A DNA stretch of 57,496 nt, counting the filler, from Bipalium vagum (lineage: Eukaryota): the NCBI GenBank assembly GCA_037834085.1. It is 3 parts of 3 records of this genome, joined end to end, with 100 filler letters (N's around TTAATTAATTAA, not from the genome) between each part and the next. Parts side by side here need not be neighbours in the genome. Positions count along the whole stretch, not along the records: positions 33,709 to 57,496 come from JBBMKC010206487.1; 2 more parts are not named here. One strand, written 5' to 3'. The position numbers were made by a program, and so were the translations under genes. Positions 34,972 to 48,941 of the stretch are shown piece after piece. The notes under the pieces were generated by a model that had not been told where the DNA came from, did no database searches, and saw nothing but the letters and a program-made list of their open reading frames with translations. Every line of letters begins with the position of its first letter. The first letter of the stretch is position 1.

Positions 34972-36721
34972 CAGTGCAACTTCTATTTTGGACCAAAAAA
35001 TTTCAAAAGAGATCTAAAAATAGAAGTTGGTCCAATATTAGAAAATAAGACATAAAAAGGCTATAAAACATGTTTTATATGAAATTATATGGATGTAATA
35101 ATAGAAATTAAAAAAACAACAATAAGTCTAATAAATAATAATATATTTCAAAGTTTTTGAATTAAATAATCCGTAATTTTTGTTTTTAACCCATGTTCTT
35201 TTCGTATATCCATTATGAACTTACTTTTAAAATTACAAAAGAGCTTTATATTTTGGGGCAGGTAATGCTTCGTGAATTCACCCATCTGGTAAAAAATATT
35301 AAAAACGTCATTAATATCGGGTATCTTATCACCAGTCTCGCTATCTGCCCAAGACTCTACCACTATATCCTCTTGAATCTGTCCATATTCATTTTCGAAT
35401 ATTTCATTCAAGAGTTTTTAATTCCATTTCATTGTTAATTTCTTTTACAGATGAAAAAGCCTTTTCAAAACAATTTACGATTGTTGATGTTTTAATTGAA
35501 TTCCATGCAATTGCAGAAAAGTATATGCCATCTAATATACTGACATTCTTATGCTTTCCGTGATATCATTCACTTCCTTTTCAATGCAATGTGCATTAAG
35601 ATTATTATTATAATAATTCTTGAAGGATTTTATCACACCCATATTCAAAGGTTGTAGAATTGAAGTGGTATTTTTCGGCAACAATAAAATTTCAATATGG
35701 GAAAAACTTTCACAGCTATGTGATGGGGCATTATCTATCAGAAGAAGAATCTTTCTTTTATTTTCTTTTAAATCATTATTAAAATCTGAAAGCCATTCTT
35801 GAAAGAATTGACGCGTCATCCAGCCATTTTTATTGTGAGTGTATTTCACATTTAGATCTGACACGTTGACATTCTAAAAACATCGAGGTTTAGCAAGTTT
35901 TCCTATAATAAAAGGTTTTTCTTTCAATCCTGTCATGCTGCAACATAATAACATGGTTAACCTGTCTTTTTTATTTTAATGTCTTTACATTTTTCATGTT
36001 GTAATACGAAACATCTGCTGCTGATTGATCTGTAATATAAAGCTGTTTCGTCGCAGTTATATACATTATCAGCTGTATATTGACTAATTTTTTCTTTCAT
36101 GATATTTCGGAAGTTTTCAGTTTGGGAGTGATCAGCTGATTTCATTTCTCCGGATATAACTTTCCAACTGATTTTATGCCGCTCTTAAATTTATCCAACC
36201 AACCTGTCGATGCTTTGAAATCAATTCTATTTGTTTTTTTGCTACATTCAAAGCAATTCTTTTTAATGTCGGACCATTTATCGGGAAGTTTCTCTCATGT
36301 AACCTTTGAAACATCTCTAAAATAGTACTACCAAAGCCTGTTCCTGAATTTTTTAAAGGATTTATTTCGATTTCAGTATAAATTCTTTGAATTTTTGACT
36401 TGCTACTTTTATATTTCTTGCATAGCATTCGCTGGCATTTATTTTGCGAAGCTGCTTGGGAATGTTATATTAATCTTCATATGATAATTTTTTACTCATT
36501 CCCGATTTTGAAAATGTTATATACCAAAATATTATTAAAAAAAAATATTAAATTTTTAAATTTTTAAACAAATTATTGAAATTTTTGGACCAAGAATTTT
36601 ATTTTTTATATGAAAATATCGAGAAATATGATAAGTACAAATTATTAGTCCAAATATGGAGTTTGGTCCAATTATAGAAGTGGTCCATTTTAGAAATTGG
36701 TCCAAAATAGAAGTTGCACTG
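34972..36721 (-). mobile_element. pogo/Tigger-family DNA transposon, full length (1750 bp), transposase pseudogenised
   Basis: Perfect 25-bp TIRs CAGTGCAACTTCTATTTTGGACCAA with TA on both sides. Broken ORFs carry a CENP-B-type HTH (FPINGPTLK..GW), YNCDETALY, LLIDNAPSH and LQPLNMGVI. Confidence 0.95.
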
Positions 36722-37404
36722 TATTTGAAATTTCACTGATACAAGTTTAAAAGATGCAACATTTAATTAAACATTTTTTATTCAGACAATAATGATAGAC
36801 TTTTTGAGTACTTAACTAAAACCTTATTATATATTATTAAATTATTTAATTTTACTACATACAGACTACGTTTGTCAAACATCTTTCTGTGTCTTTAATT
36901 TAATCTCTTTGTAATGTCAAAAATGTTTACTAGTTCAAAGAGATACCTTTGTCAAAATCGCTACGTTTTTATTTTAAAATGTATATGTTTTGAAAATATT
37001 AAAATTAATATTTGTTTTTATTTTAATTTCTTAATGTATTAATTTTCAAGCATAAATTTTTAGTTATTCTTAAATAAAAATTATGAAAACGATGGGAGAG
37101 AATTGGCATGGAGATATCCTGTACAAATGAAAATTAATATTTTTGAAAATTCATTATTTTGTGTATTTCTTGTTTTCTCATAAAATACGATTGTCTTGAA
37201 AGCACTTTAATATTAGTCAAATGAATGATATTTTGATATGCGAGTCCAATATGAAAAAGATACTAAACAAACGATTAACTCAACATGAACAGTCATGTTG
37301 AAGAAATCTTTATTTATATAAGAAGTACTGATGAAATACCAAAATACTATGATAAAACACCATTATATTCATGAGATAATGAATCTCTTTCACTATATTT
37401 ATAT

Positions 37405-37757
37405 ACAGGGGATGTTCAAAAACAGGTATACAGTAATAAAAAAGAACTCATATTGACTTCTATTTTTTGGGGCACTTTAAAAGATAAAGTTTTTGCACGC
37501 AAGCCGCGCACCATTAGGGATATGATTCAGTTTATTTTGGAAGCTTGTCAAGAAATTGATGCTGATAAAAATCTTTGTTCTTGAAAGTGTTTCGAGTGTT
37601 CGTTCACGATTAGAAGAGTGTGTCAATGATGATTGCTGTCAATTTGAGTACCTGAGGGATTAGACGTGTTTTTAATTATTAGTTTGTAAAATAAATTTAG
37701 TAAATATATACGTGTTTTCTAATTTTATAACTGTATACCTACTTTTGCATTGCCATG
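37405..37757 (+). mobile_element. Internally deleted DD41D-like element
   Basis: Imperfect TIRs (..AGGTATACAGT / ACTGTATACCT) and C-terminal WGTLKDKVFARKPRTI...RLEECVN..FEYL. Confidence 0.65.
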
Positions 37758-37879
37758 TTTAAAATTTATATATCAGAAACTATTGATATATACGTTTCTC
37801 TTTGAAAAGTTAAGGATTAGAAATAAATCACAGAAGAATTTAATACGAGGTAATTGTTGGAACTTTTGCACTAAAGAAA

Positions 37880-38277
37880 TTTCATTTTTATATAAATAAT
37901 CGGTTTTTCTCTCAAGATAGTCTATGAGTAATAAACTCTTGATATCCAAGAAACTCGTAGCCACAATGTTACCAGCCGTAATCTTGACCTCGTTTGTAAT
38001 CTGAATAAATTTTAATAGTGGAATACGATGCTGCTGATTGTCCGTAATGTCTATCCAAATATGCTTTGGTTTCCGTAGTGTTTTCCCTTTCATAAAATAC
38101 TGTTTCATTAACACCCTAAATTCGTATTTGTTCATTATCTAAAATGCTGCTATTAAAAATATTTAAATTGATTGTATATAGAAAATAATTTACCGAAATC
38201 AATAAAATTTCAAATAAGCATATACATTTTTACTTATCCTTGTTATTAATGGCCAAGGAACTTTTCAAACAGCCTAG
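37880..38277 (-). mobile_element. Himar1-like (irritans) mariner deletion derivative
   Basis: MNKYEFRVLMKQYFMKGKT, AGNIVATSFLDIKSLLLIDYLE, TIR ...AACTTTTCAAACAGCCTAG-TA. Confidence 0.75.
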
Positions 38278-39012
38278 TAAAATGAATCCCAAATTGATGG
38301 ATGTTTTAAGGCTTAACCAGATAGTAAGTTGTGTTAAGTTATCAACATCTTATTAATAAAATAATTTTATTAATACCAGTTGGAATAATTCTTAATTAGA
38401 AATGAAAAAATATATTTAGAAATAAAAATTATAATTTAAAATAATAATTCTGTTATAATGAAAAAATATTTTTAAATGTCAATTAGTTATTTAATTGAGC
38501 TATTTTTTGAGAATTAAAACAAAATATAATTTAATTAAAAATGAGATAAATTTACAAAATATATATTAATATTATTCTCTAAATATTCTCGAACAATTTA
38601 TTTTTTTATCTCCTAACATTTCTATCTCTATTTACCATGAGATATAATATTAATAATTTTAAATAAATTTTTTCTAAATTAAATTTAAAAATAATTTTTA
38701 ACCATTTACTAAATTTAATTAGTTTATCTGTCGAACAGGATTCTTGAGTAGTTAAACATAATAAAATATAATTAATTATATTTTTTATTATAAATTTTAA
38801 AAATTAAAATAGATTATGAAATAAATTTTATTCGTCTGTAATTTGTTCTGTTATTTTACACGTTAAAGTGTTGTACACATTTTCGATAAGTTCATTCAAT
38901 TTTCAACTAGATAAAGAACCCAAGGTCTTTTCAGATTATATTATAAAAATAGGCTTTATAGAATAACATTAATATGATATCTTAAATTATAAATGCAAAT
39001 TATTAAATCTGA

Positions 39013-39266
39013 TCATTTTCTCGAAGTTCGTAAAGAATAATTAATGTCGTCTCTAGTCTTTGTCAGTCTGCGAGCAGCATTGGAATAATTAGCATCCAGC
39101 GTCGATCTTCTGCGATTCATAATTCCATACTGTTCCACGTAGGACTCTGATCTCATTCTTCTGTTTATTGTCTTACACCGACAGAGCAAAATTTCTTTGA
39201 ATGGTGTTCTGAAATCTCGGTTGAATTTTGCATATATGATAGGATTGAGAAAGCTGTTGAAGTAAC
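39013..39266 (-). CDS. 5-HT7: Terminal exon of an aminergic GPCR, 5-HT7-like serotonin receptor (TM7 and C-tail)
   Basis: Acceptor cttttcaattcag, then (G)YFNSFLNPIIYAKFNRDFRTPFKEILLCRCKTINRRMRSESYVEQYG...SLRTSRK*. NRDFRxPFxEILxxRC and EQYG are characteristic of invertebrate 5-HT7-type receptors. Confidence 0.88.
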
Positions 39267-41572
39267 CTGAATTGAAAAGATGACATTCGTTTTTCGAGGA
39301 GAATAGTATATTATGGTTAAATACATTGACTAAAAAAAAATTTTATATTTCATTTTTAGAATTAATTAATGTCATAGATCATTGCTTAATAGATTCACAG
39401 AACTTTGTCTTCAGGACTCTTTTAAAATGTATATAAATAATTTAATAAATGTATTATAAAACGCAATTTCATCGTTGAACATGAAGAATATATTCATTGT
39501 TATTTTTCGTCATTTATAATTTTAAAGTAATAAAATAAAAATAGTAAATAGACAGTAAATGATAATTTCAATAGGTTTACATTCATCAATTTGAAATATA
39601 TTTTTTCTCCCAGAAAGAAGATAAAGTCATATTATAACGATGATCAAGAAAATATAAAAAATATTTTTAAAGATAAAAATAAATAAAGTTCTCCATAAAG
39701 AATCTCGAATTGTGTGACAATCAGACCTGTCTCTTTTTTTTTTATAATTTCAGTCATTCTGGAATTTTATTGTAAATTTAGATTTAATTGAAATTCGATG
39801 TCAAAGCAAATAATTGAAAAATTCATTGATTTTTGATAAATTTTCGTCATGAATAAATATTATTGTATTTTAATTAATTTCAGGTGGGTTATTTTTTTTT
39901 CGAAAATATTTTCTCAAAATCAGTTAAAATATTATTGACTCAAGTCTTTTGATCTTAAGATGATAATTGCTTATATATATTATATTAAATATATATAATT
40001 ATATTATTTTTGACGACTTAAAAGGTTTCCGCCGTTTTTTTCAGAATGTTTTAATTTGAATTACAGGCAATACAGTATATAACTGTGAAATTTAATTTTA
40101 ATCAATCTAAAATTAAATTAATTGTAAAATTAGATCATTTATAATAAATAATTATAAAAATTATATTATATAAAAATTATAATATTAATAATTATTATTG
40201 TATTAATATCATTTGTTTATTCGAATTAAAAAATATCGGGAAAAATTTAAAATAAAGAAAAAAACTCTGCCTCATGAGACTTTATTTTCCTGAAAAGAAA
40301 ATTTTAATCATCTACTGGCCTGATACCATGTTATTGCATGATAAATTTACTAGAGAAATGGAGAAAGATTATTGAATAAAGTGGAATATATTTAATTCAA
40401 TAAAGTTTATTTTGTTAAATGAAAAAAATTGTATATTTTATTAAAGAAACGGTAAAAACTTTTAAAGTAACCTGATATACTAATATTTGTAAATATTTTT
40501 CATATTAAAATTGTTCTATCATGATAATAAATTCTTCTATTAGATAAAATTTAGTGTAAAATTTGAGTTTTTTTGCTTTTGTTCTACCAACTATGTTAAT
40601 CATAGTCAAAGACTAAGAAATAAAAAAAATAATCACATTTAAAAGGTCACTAAAGAGGACAAATAACATCCCCGAATTATCAAATATGATCTTAATTAAA
40701 TAAATGTAGTCATATCGGAAGGTTTATTTTTATTTCATACATATAATATTTCATTGAATTATCAGATCACGGGTTACACAAATTGCAAAATACTTTTCTC
40801 AAATCATTCTCATTATCAATTATTTAAAATTTTATTTTATTGATTTTTTGATATTGAATATAATTATATATTATCTATTAATATAATAAATCGAAAACTT
40901 TGATTTTTCATTAATTCTTCCATTCTTATTTTATCAGGATAAATCAGAAAAGTTACATTTAGTGTAATTCTAGATATGGTGAATTAGATAAAATAATTTT
41001 AAAAAAATAATAAAAAAAGGTATTTTAAAAATAATTTTAATAAATTACTTTTAGAAAAAATAAATTTTTGGCAGATTGTCTACGAAAATAGAGAAATTTA
41101 TTTAACTAAAAAGATTAAAAACTTTCAATTAATGACAAAACTCCATACAAGTTTTTTAATAGTTCACATTTAAAATGTTCTCTGCTTAAATTAAAAAAAT
41201 ATAATAAAAAATATTCCAATAAATTGATGTTCAAATAAAAAATTAAAACACAAACACAATTTTATGATTGAAATAACTGCTTTAATAATTTTTGAATAAT
41301 TTAAAAAAGTGATTGGGTAACATTGTATAAAAGTTTTTTAATAATAAAATTATCTCCCTTCAGATCTGAAATTGATTTCTCATTATATTCTAAATATATT
41401 GAATATCTAATGCAAATTTAATTAGACAAATAATAATATCCGCTCAAATGATTTTAGCCTGATCTTCAATTTAAACATCCTTTATAATCGATAATTTTTT
41501 AAAATTTGAAGAACAAAAAATAATATATTTATTAATATTTTTAGTATAATTCTTAACTGAAGTCTTTTTAAG

Positions 41573-41634
<62 letters not shown>
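41573..41634. repeat. (AAT)n microsatellite, about 20 units
   Basis: direct reading. Confidence 0.95.
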
Positions 41635-43499
41635 TAAAAATATCATTTTATTTATTATTTCTATTATTTCAAAATATTTTTATAATTTATAATTTTGGAC
41701 CAATGTTTATATGAATTTAAAATTCAATTAAAAATAAAATTTTTCGAAAAATGATCAGAAATAGAAAGAAATACTTGAAAAATTTATGAAGAGGGACGGA
41801 AATTTAATTGTGATGACTTTGAAGTGACCGAAAACTGAGGAAAATTATTGCTTTTATTTGATATGCAAATATATAAATAAATAAGGGAGCGCAAAAAAGT
41901 TATATATAATTAGAAAAATGATAGTAATAGTTTATGTTGAGAATTAAAAATTCTTTTGTCTTCAAACAATAATTATAATTCATGTTCACATGGAACAAAT
42001 GAAAATCTTTTCTCCCAACAATAACGTTTTATAACAGATTTAGTAGGCATATAGGTAAAAAAAATTATTACTCAGTATCATTTCCTTTAACTTTAATAAA
42101 TAAAATTTTGAAAGCAATTGATCGGTTTAAGGTATTTTTAAAATTTAAAATATCGTGAACCCTCGATCGTCCAATTTCAAAGACGATCTGTTCTGACTGT
42201 ATGAATCACCATTTGCATGCTTTGAAATGACTTCTTTAATTTCCTTAACTGTCAGATCTGTTCTCTTTCATTTCAACATCTTTAAGGACTAAAATCCGTA
42301 TACAATACAATATGTAACATATCTTTTGAAATTGCGTACTGTTTTTATTAAAACAATTTTTAATTATGTTAAATAATGAATAATAATAAAACAATAGCTC
42401 TTAAATTTTTAATTTTTCAGCAATTCTGTTTCCGGATTAAAAAGGATATTTATAAAGGCTGTATTTGAAAATCGATCCGATTTTATGTAAACTTTAAAAA
42501 AAATCCGTATTGTACCCTTTTCCAGATTAACGGGAGTCAAAATTAACGAGAGTTGGATGTAATTGAAAAAATATATTTTTTTATCTTTGAAAATTATATT
42601 ATCAAGTTCTACACTGTTTTCTGATATTATATTAAAAATTAAAAAAGAAAAATTAAGACAAATTTTCATTTTTCCAATCTCACAGTTTATCTTAATTATT
42701 CATAATAACTGACAATTACAAAAATGGCAGATGTAAATAAATTTGTAAAAATATTTACATAAAATAATATTATCAATATTTCACTTAAAATTCAAATAAT
42801 TGTTTTTTAAGTAATTAATTAATTAAAAGTTAATTACAAAATAATAAAATTTTCATTAATTGTATTGATTCAATAAATTTAAGAATAAAATATTAATATA
42901 AACAAATATAAAAACAAAAATATTAAAGTGATTTTTATTTTATAAAGATTTTTACCATTGTAAAATTTGGGATTAGTACATAATATCGATTTTCGATTAT
43001 AAAAATATGTTGTAAGTGGATAAAAACCTAGAAACCTTCAAGAGCCTTCAACAGCCATATACGACTAGTCAGATCTCATATTGTGTTATTTGTATCTTTT
43101 ATTCAACAAAGTTTTTCACACAAAAATTTTGCTCTTTTTGACAAGTGTGACAAACGCTTCGAAAATGGCAACTCATTATTAGTTGAAAAACCGTTTGATT
43201 TGTGATTTTAATTAATTTCAAGTCTCCAGAACAAAGCTGGTGGTAAAAATGAAATAATATATTTTTTCCATCTTTTCAGAAATTCGTTTTAGAGATTGAT
43301 TAAAAAATTACAAGTTTCGAAAAATTGAAGGAAATGGAAAATATTCTCTTAACCTATCAAAATATGAGAAGAAATAAATAAAATAATAAAAGTCACTAAA
43401 ATAGGTTTGATCAATTGTAGTAAACATTGCTAACCAAGATAGGAGTGTTTTCGATATTTGTTTAATTTAGAGGAGTGTTTTCGAAAGTATATCCATTAA

Positions 43500-44400
43500 T
43501 TATGCTTAGGATATATTGAAGAAAATTCAAAATTATTGATATTGTTTTATTTTCTCCAATAAAATATTGAAAATTCCATCAGCATTAGCTTTGCTAAATG
43601 TAAAGTCAAATTTTCCTATTTCAAGTATAACATGCAAAAACATGGTCCAAGTAAACAAAGTAACAACCTTTCAATTCAACACTATTTTACCAAGGCGAAT
43701 CAAGCATATTAATTCCGATGGGGTTGACATCCATATTTACGGACATCTCAAAGTGCAAGAAAGCGTATTAATTGACCATTTATTACTCATTCCATCATAA
43801 AAAAGTTTCTTAATTTTTCTAATTATTTGTCTTATAATATTTGTCAATTTGGACCAACTTGGGTCAGTTTAATTTTGGTCTTCATATATACAAACCTGAT
43901 AAAATAGAACATAAGTTCCTCAAGAAACAAGTCGATTAATGGGTCATTTGTGATTGATCGAATTCCACGGGTTCTGCTTGTATTGGAGAACAATGAATGA
44001 CATAAGGTTCACCAAAATTCTTTTTACAATTTTCACTTATCAATGATCTTTAAAAATATTCTCATTCAAGTTATAATCTGAGTTTAAATAATCTTTGAAC
44101 AACATGTTGTTCTTTGCTCAACTCTTGAAGTATCCACAAAACAGCTGAAAATAGAAAAAAATAGAAGATCATCATTTCCAACAGAATTTTGTACCGCCTT
44201 ACTCATCACAACTGTATCCTATTGAAGAGGTTCTCCAAAAATGGAAATATTACATGAAAACAAAAAATCTAAATACTATTGAAGAATTAAATCTATGTAT
44301 CAGTCTTGCTACTAAATCTATTTCCTCCAATGATTGTGAAGGATTTCTAGCACATGTACGATCATTTGTGCTAAAAGGAATAAGAGGAGAAGATTTTTGA
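43500..44400 (+). mobile_element. IS630/Tc1-like transposase remnant
   Basis: PPYSSQLYPIEEVLQKWKYYMK (LPPYSPxLNPIEExFSKWK motif) and an intact C-terminus ending RGEDF*; left boundary approximate. Confidence 0.7.
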
Positions 44401-44920
44401 TTACGTTTTTGATTTAGGTAATAAAGTTTTTTCTATTTACATATAATAAGAGTCTTTTTAGTTTTTAAAAGTGTTATACATATAATAATTATAAATATAA
44501 TAATAAATATCAGATTATAATAAAGTAAAGTTTAAATTAAATTGGATAAAGTTTAAGTTGAATTGGATATAGTTTAAATTAAATTTGTATTGGATTAAAT
44601 GAACCTGAAAACCCTTTAAGTTTGTAGGTTTTTAATAATAGAATTTGTAAAATAGTTTTGTTCACTTGTTTGCATAATATAGTTTCATAAGAAAATTTAA
44701 AATTTTTGTCAGATTTTTGAAATATTTCTAAATATAATGTATATTTAGTAGAAAATCATCTAAGTATTACTGGGGTGTGTTTCAATTGAATGTTTGAGCA
44801 CCGCATAAGTCAAAAGAGATCAGTTTATAAGTTTGTTTATCAATACGCCATTCGTTGCTGAAATGACAACGTACACTGTTTTTATATTGAAGCAATTGGA
44901 AATTACTTTTTTAAAATATA

Positions 44921-46398
44921 CACAAAGGTCGATAAAAAAGTTAACACTTTAAAATTTTCAACAATTTAGTATTTAAACTGCTATACAGCAAACAATTCTA
45001 AAGATAATCAAAAACAATTTTCTGCATATTATGGAATATTTATTTGCCATTGCAATACATTACAAATATATTCACTATTTTGTAGATTCACCGCGCAATT
45101 GGATTACTTCACACAAACAAGTAAGTATACTTCAAATCAGGTTATTAATGAATTCTCGTTGAATTGCTTCCCATTCTGACCTAACCAATTCCCATAGATG
45201 TTTTTTGTTGCAAATATATTTTCCATGAATTCTTCTATCAATATAGTCCCATATATGTTCAATCAGATTTAAATCAGAAAATTGTGGTGGGTAATCCGGG
45301 ACATCAGGTATTGATTTTTATTCCAGCCACATTCTCACCGATTTAGCTTTATCAAATGACACATTATCTTGTTGAAATAAATATTCATCATCTGAATGCA
45401 GTCTAAAAATAGACTGATGTAAACCATTCTTCAAAATCTCTTGGTAATATGCGACATTTATCTTTTTGTCTGTGACATTTACGAACACTCCCCCATGCCA
45501 ATCTTTTGTGAATATTAGCAGGAGATAACATCGGTTTTCAGTGGCATCGATGGAACCTAAGCCGAAAGTCTAGAATCGACAAGAAATTGTGGTTTTGCTT
45601 TAGTTCACACCTGTAATCTATGCAAACTCTGGGAATAGGAAAAATCTTGATATTTTTTATTTTTCAAATCCAACGTTTTTAAACGTCTGCCATCCTTTTT
45701 AATAGCCTGCCACTACCTTTTGGTCTGCTTATAGTCCTTGTTGTACATTCTTTTAAAATAATCTTTCGAACAGAAATATGGGAAATAGGTAACTGACATT
45801 TTTCCAACATCATCCTACTTATCTGTATATCGGAAAACCCTGAGTCGCAAAATGCGCATTCCTTTGAACAGTTTTCATTTGATAATTGATAGCCACGTGT
45901 AAAATTCATTACTGTGTATCTCTTAACTATAAGATAAAGATACTTTATGGCGAATTTTAAAAATATCTTACTTCAGTATTAAAAAAAAATAAAAATAAAT
46001 GTCAAATTTTTGAATTTGCAAATTTTAAACCAAATAATTTGAAATTTGAACGAATTTCATTTTGAAGCATAATTAAACAAAATTATCAAACTTCAATTAT
46101 ATTTCATCTAAGATCTTAAGTAACCTTTAATAAATACTAAATCTAATACATACCTAAAGTAATATGATTATTCCTGTAAATGACTAAATAAAAAACACAC
46201 ACCTTTACTTAAAAGTTGTATCCCAATACTATTCTACATGAAATTAAATTTTTAACTTGTGTAATGGCTTTAGTTACTAATGTTCCACAACATACAAGAA
46301 ACCTTTTCTGAGAATCTTTAAAATTGTTAATTTTATACCAGTTTAAATAACAAATTATTGAAAATTATAAGGTGTTAACTTTTTTATGGACCGTAGTG
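44921..46398 (-). mobile_element. Degenerate Tc1-like element with both TIRs
   Basis: TA-CACAAAGGTCGATAAAAAAGTTAACAC ... GTGTTAACTTTTTTATGGACCGTAGTG-TA. HTH ORF 45679-45909 (RPKGSGR), FQQDN and PPQFSDLNLIEHIWD. Confidence 0.85.
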
Positions 46399-46533
46399 TA
46401 AAGTCATGAATAACAAAAAAGAAAAAGTAAACGGGAAATAATTAAAGTGGAAGATTTTATTGGAATCTATAAAATTAATTTTGAGTTTGAAGTAATAAGC
46501 AGTTAAATTAATTTTAATTTAATGTTATAATTT

Positions 46534-47911
46534 AAATTATTTTAAATTAGTGAACGATGTCTGTAATATTTTATAGATAAATATAGAGAAAATAAATATT
46601 CCGGTATTATTATTATTATTTATCTATTTGATTCGGTATTTCAACGTTTTTTGAGGTGTAATTATTAAAATGGGAAAGTAGACAAACACGGATTGTGGGA
46701 AAAGAGAAAATCAATTAATTATTTTATTTTTAACTAAATAATAATGAAAAATTAATTTCACTATTTTATGCTTTAAATCTTATTTATGTTGACATAAAAG
46801 ATATTATTTCGTAGGTAAGTAGGTGGATATTAAAAAGGAGACTAATTAGTTGCTGTCTCCGTATGACATGAAAAGGGAAGACTACGTTGAAGGAATAAGG
46901 AATGGTTAAATGAAAAATTAAAAAATGCAAAATATAACGAATTCGTAAAACAGAGTTTATCAATTGTCTGGAGCACTTAACTTTATTGTGTATTGAAGGA
47001 TATTAAAATATTAGTACTGACTGAAACATATTTTTCATTATGTTTTTGGACAAATATTCATAAAATTTGTTTTATTAAAAACATTGAATAATGGCATTCA
47101 ATTACTGAAAGAAAAAGATCTATGAACAAAATTTCATTTTATAATATCTTTTAAAATTTAGTCAACCTTATAAGTAGTTTGCAAAAACCATCCGAAAAAC
47201 CTTTTCTCAAAATAAGGAAACCAAATTATTTTAAATTAGTGAACGATGTCTGTAATATTTTATAGATAAATATAGAGAAAATAAATATTCCGGTATTATT
47301 ATTATTATTTATCTATTTGATTCGGTATTTCAACGTTTTTTGAGGTGTAATTATTAAAATGGGAAAGTAGACAAACACGGATTGTGGGAAAAGAGAAAAT
47401 CAATTAATTATTTTATTTTTAACTAAATAATAATGAAAAATTAATTTCACTATTTTATGCTTTAAATCTTATTTATGTTGACATAAAAGATATTATTTCG
47501 TAGGTAAGTAGGTGGATATTAAAAAGGAGACTAATTAGTTGCTGTCTCCGTATGACATGAAAAGGGAAGACTACGTTGAAGGAATAAGGAATGGTTAAAT
47601 GAAAAATTAAAAAATGCAAAATATAACGAATTCGTAAAACAGAGTTTATCAATTGTCTGGAGCACTTAACTTTATTGTGTATTGAAGGATATTAAAATAT
47701 TAGTACTGACTGAAACATATTTTTCATTATGTTTTTGGACAAATATTCATAAAATTTGTTTTATTAAAAACATTGAATAATGGCATTCAATTACTGAAAG
47801 AAAAAGATCTATGAACAAAATTTCATTTTATAATATCTTTTAAAATTTAGTCAACCTTATAAGTAGTTTGCAAAAACCATCCGAAAAACCTTTTCTCAAA
47901 ATAAGGAAACC
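46534..47911. repeat. 689-bp head-to-tail duplication (46534-47222, 47223-47911)
   Basis: The two copies appear identical by eye; AAAT microhomology at the junction. Confidence 0.95.
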
Positions 47912-48295
47912 AAATAACTTGGTCAGCTAAATTCGTTGCACTTTAAATTGTCCAAACAGTAAACTTTATTATAAGTCTTGAATCTTAAGGTTTTCACACT
48001 CAAAAATAAAAAATTGATATTTTATATTAAATAACTTGTTAGTGTTAGCTGCAATTTCAACAGTTTCAGGCATAATTTTAAAAGATTCATTAATGCCAAT
48101 TAAAATAATAATACGTATCAATGTTCACAAATTCAATAAATTAATAACGGGAGATAACTAGAAATCTAGACTAATTTCAAATGCAAAATTTAAAAATAAT
48201 GTTTTCAGAGAAAGGTGTAAGCATATTTTATCGTTCCTATGATGATTAAATATTATTTATAATAAAATTTGTTTTAATTCAATTTTTTACAACAA

Positions 48296-48941
48296 AAATG
48301 GCTTCATAACAATATAGCTTCGAAAGTGCATTGTAAATTTTTATAAGATCAACAAATCATTGGAGGAAAAGTTTTTCAATTGAGCAACTCTCGAGTGCCT
48401 GGAAACACCAGCTCTTATTCCTACAGTCCTACTATGCTTTCACCTAATATAAAATAGAAGTTCCAGAAATAAAATATGAAAAGAAGCGTATGTTGTACAT
48501 GGTCATTTTTGAGAAAACTGTTTCAAAGCCATACTTCAAGGATGTAAATTTGACAATCAATCAGAAAATATACCAGGAGGAAATCTTTTCTAAGATTTTA
48601 CATTCCTATTCCGAAAATCATCATTCTAGTGTCAACATCGTTTTCTGGTCTGCCAAAGCCTCCTCACTTAGACTAAAAAGACCCTAGAATTTTTAAAAGC
48701 TAAAAAGATATCTTTTGTGCCTAAGGATTGCAATTCTAAAAATTTTCCATAATGTCGTCCAATCGAACATTTCTTTGGCATTCTAAAATCTCTTGTATAT
48801 AAAAATTACTGAGGTGCAATAAATTTTTAACAATTATAAAAAAGAAAAAAAGACACTAAATACGTACAAGAGGCTTGCAGAGGTATTAGGACAAAGTTGA
48901 GACATGTATCCGACCACGGTTCATACTATGTTGTACATTGA
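48296..48941 (+). mobile_element. ITmD37E-like (DD37E) transposase remnant
   Basis: VFWSAKASS..KKTLEFL...FVPKDCNSKNFP*CRPIEHFFGILK; 37-residue spacing to E after restoring one indel. Confidence 0.75.

Noticed and set aside
30934-39266. A GPCR gene cluster or functional linkage of the two receptors
   Set aside because: They are separated by an artificial linker at 33609 and belong to unrelated subfamilies.
43420-43460. KTLLSWL as the upstream TM7 exon of the 5-HT receptor
   Set aside because: No GT donor in the needed phase and no open TM6-like frame upstream.
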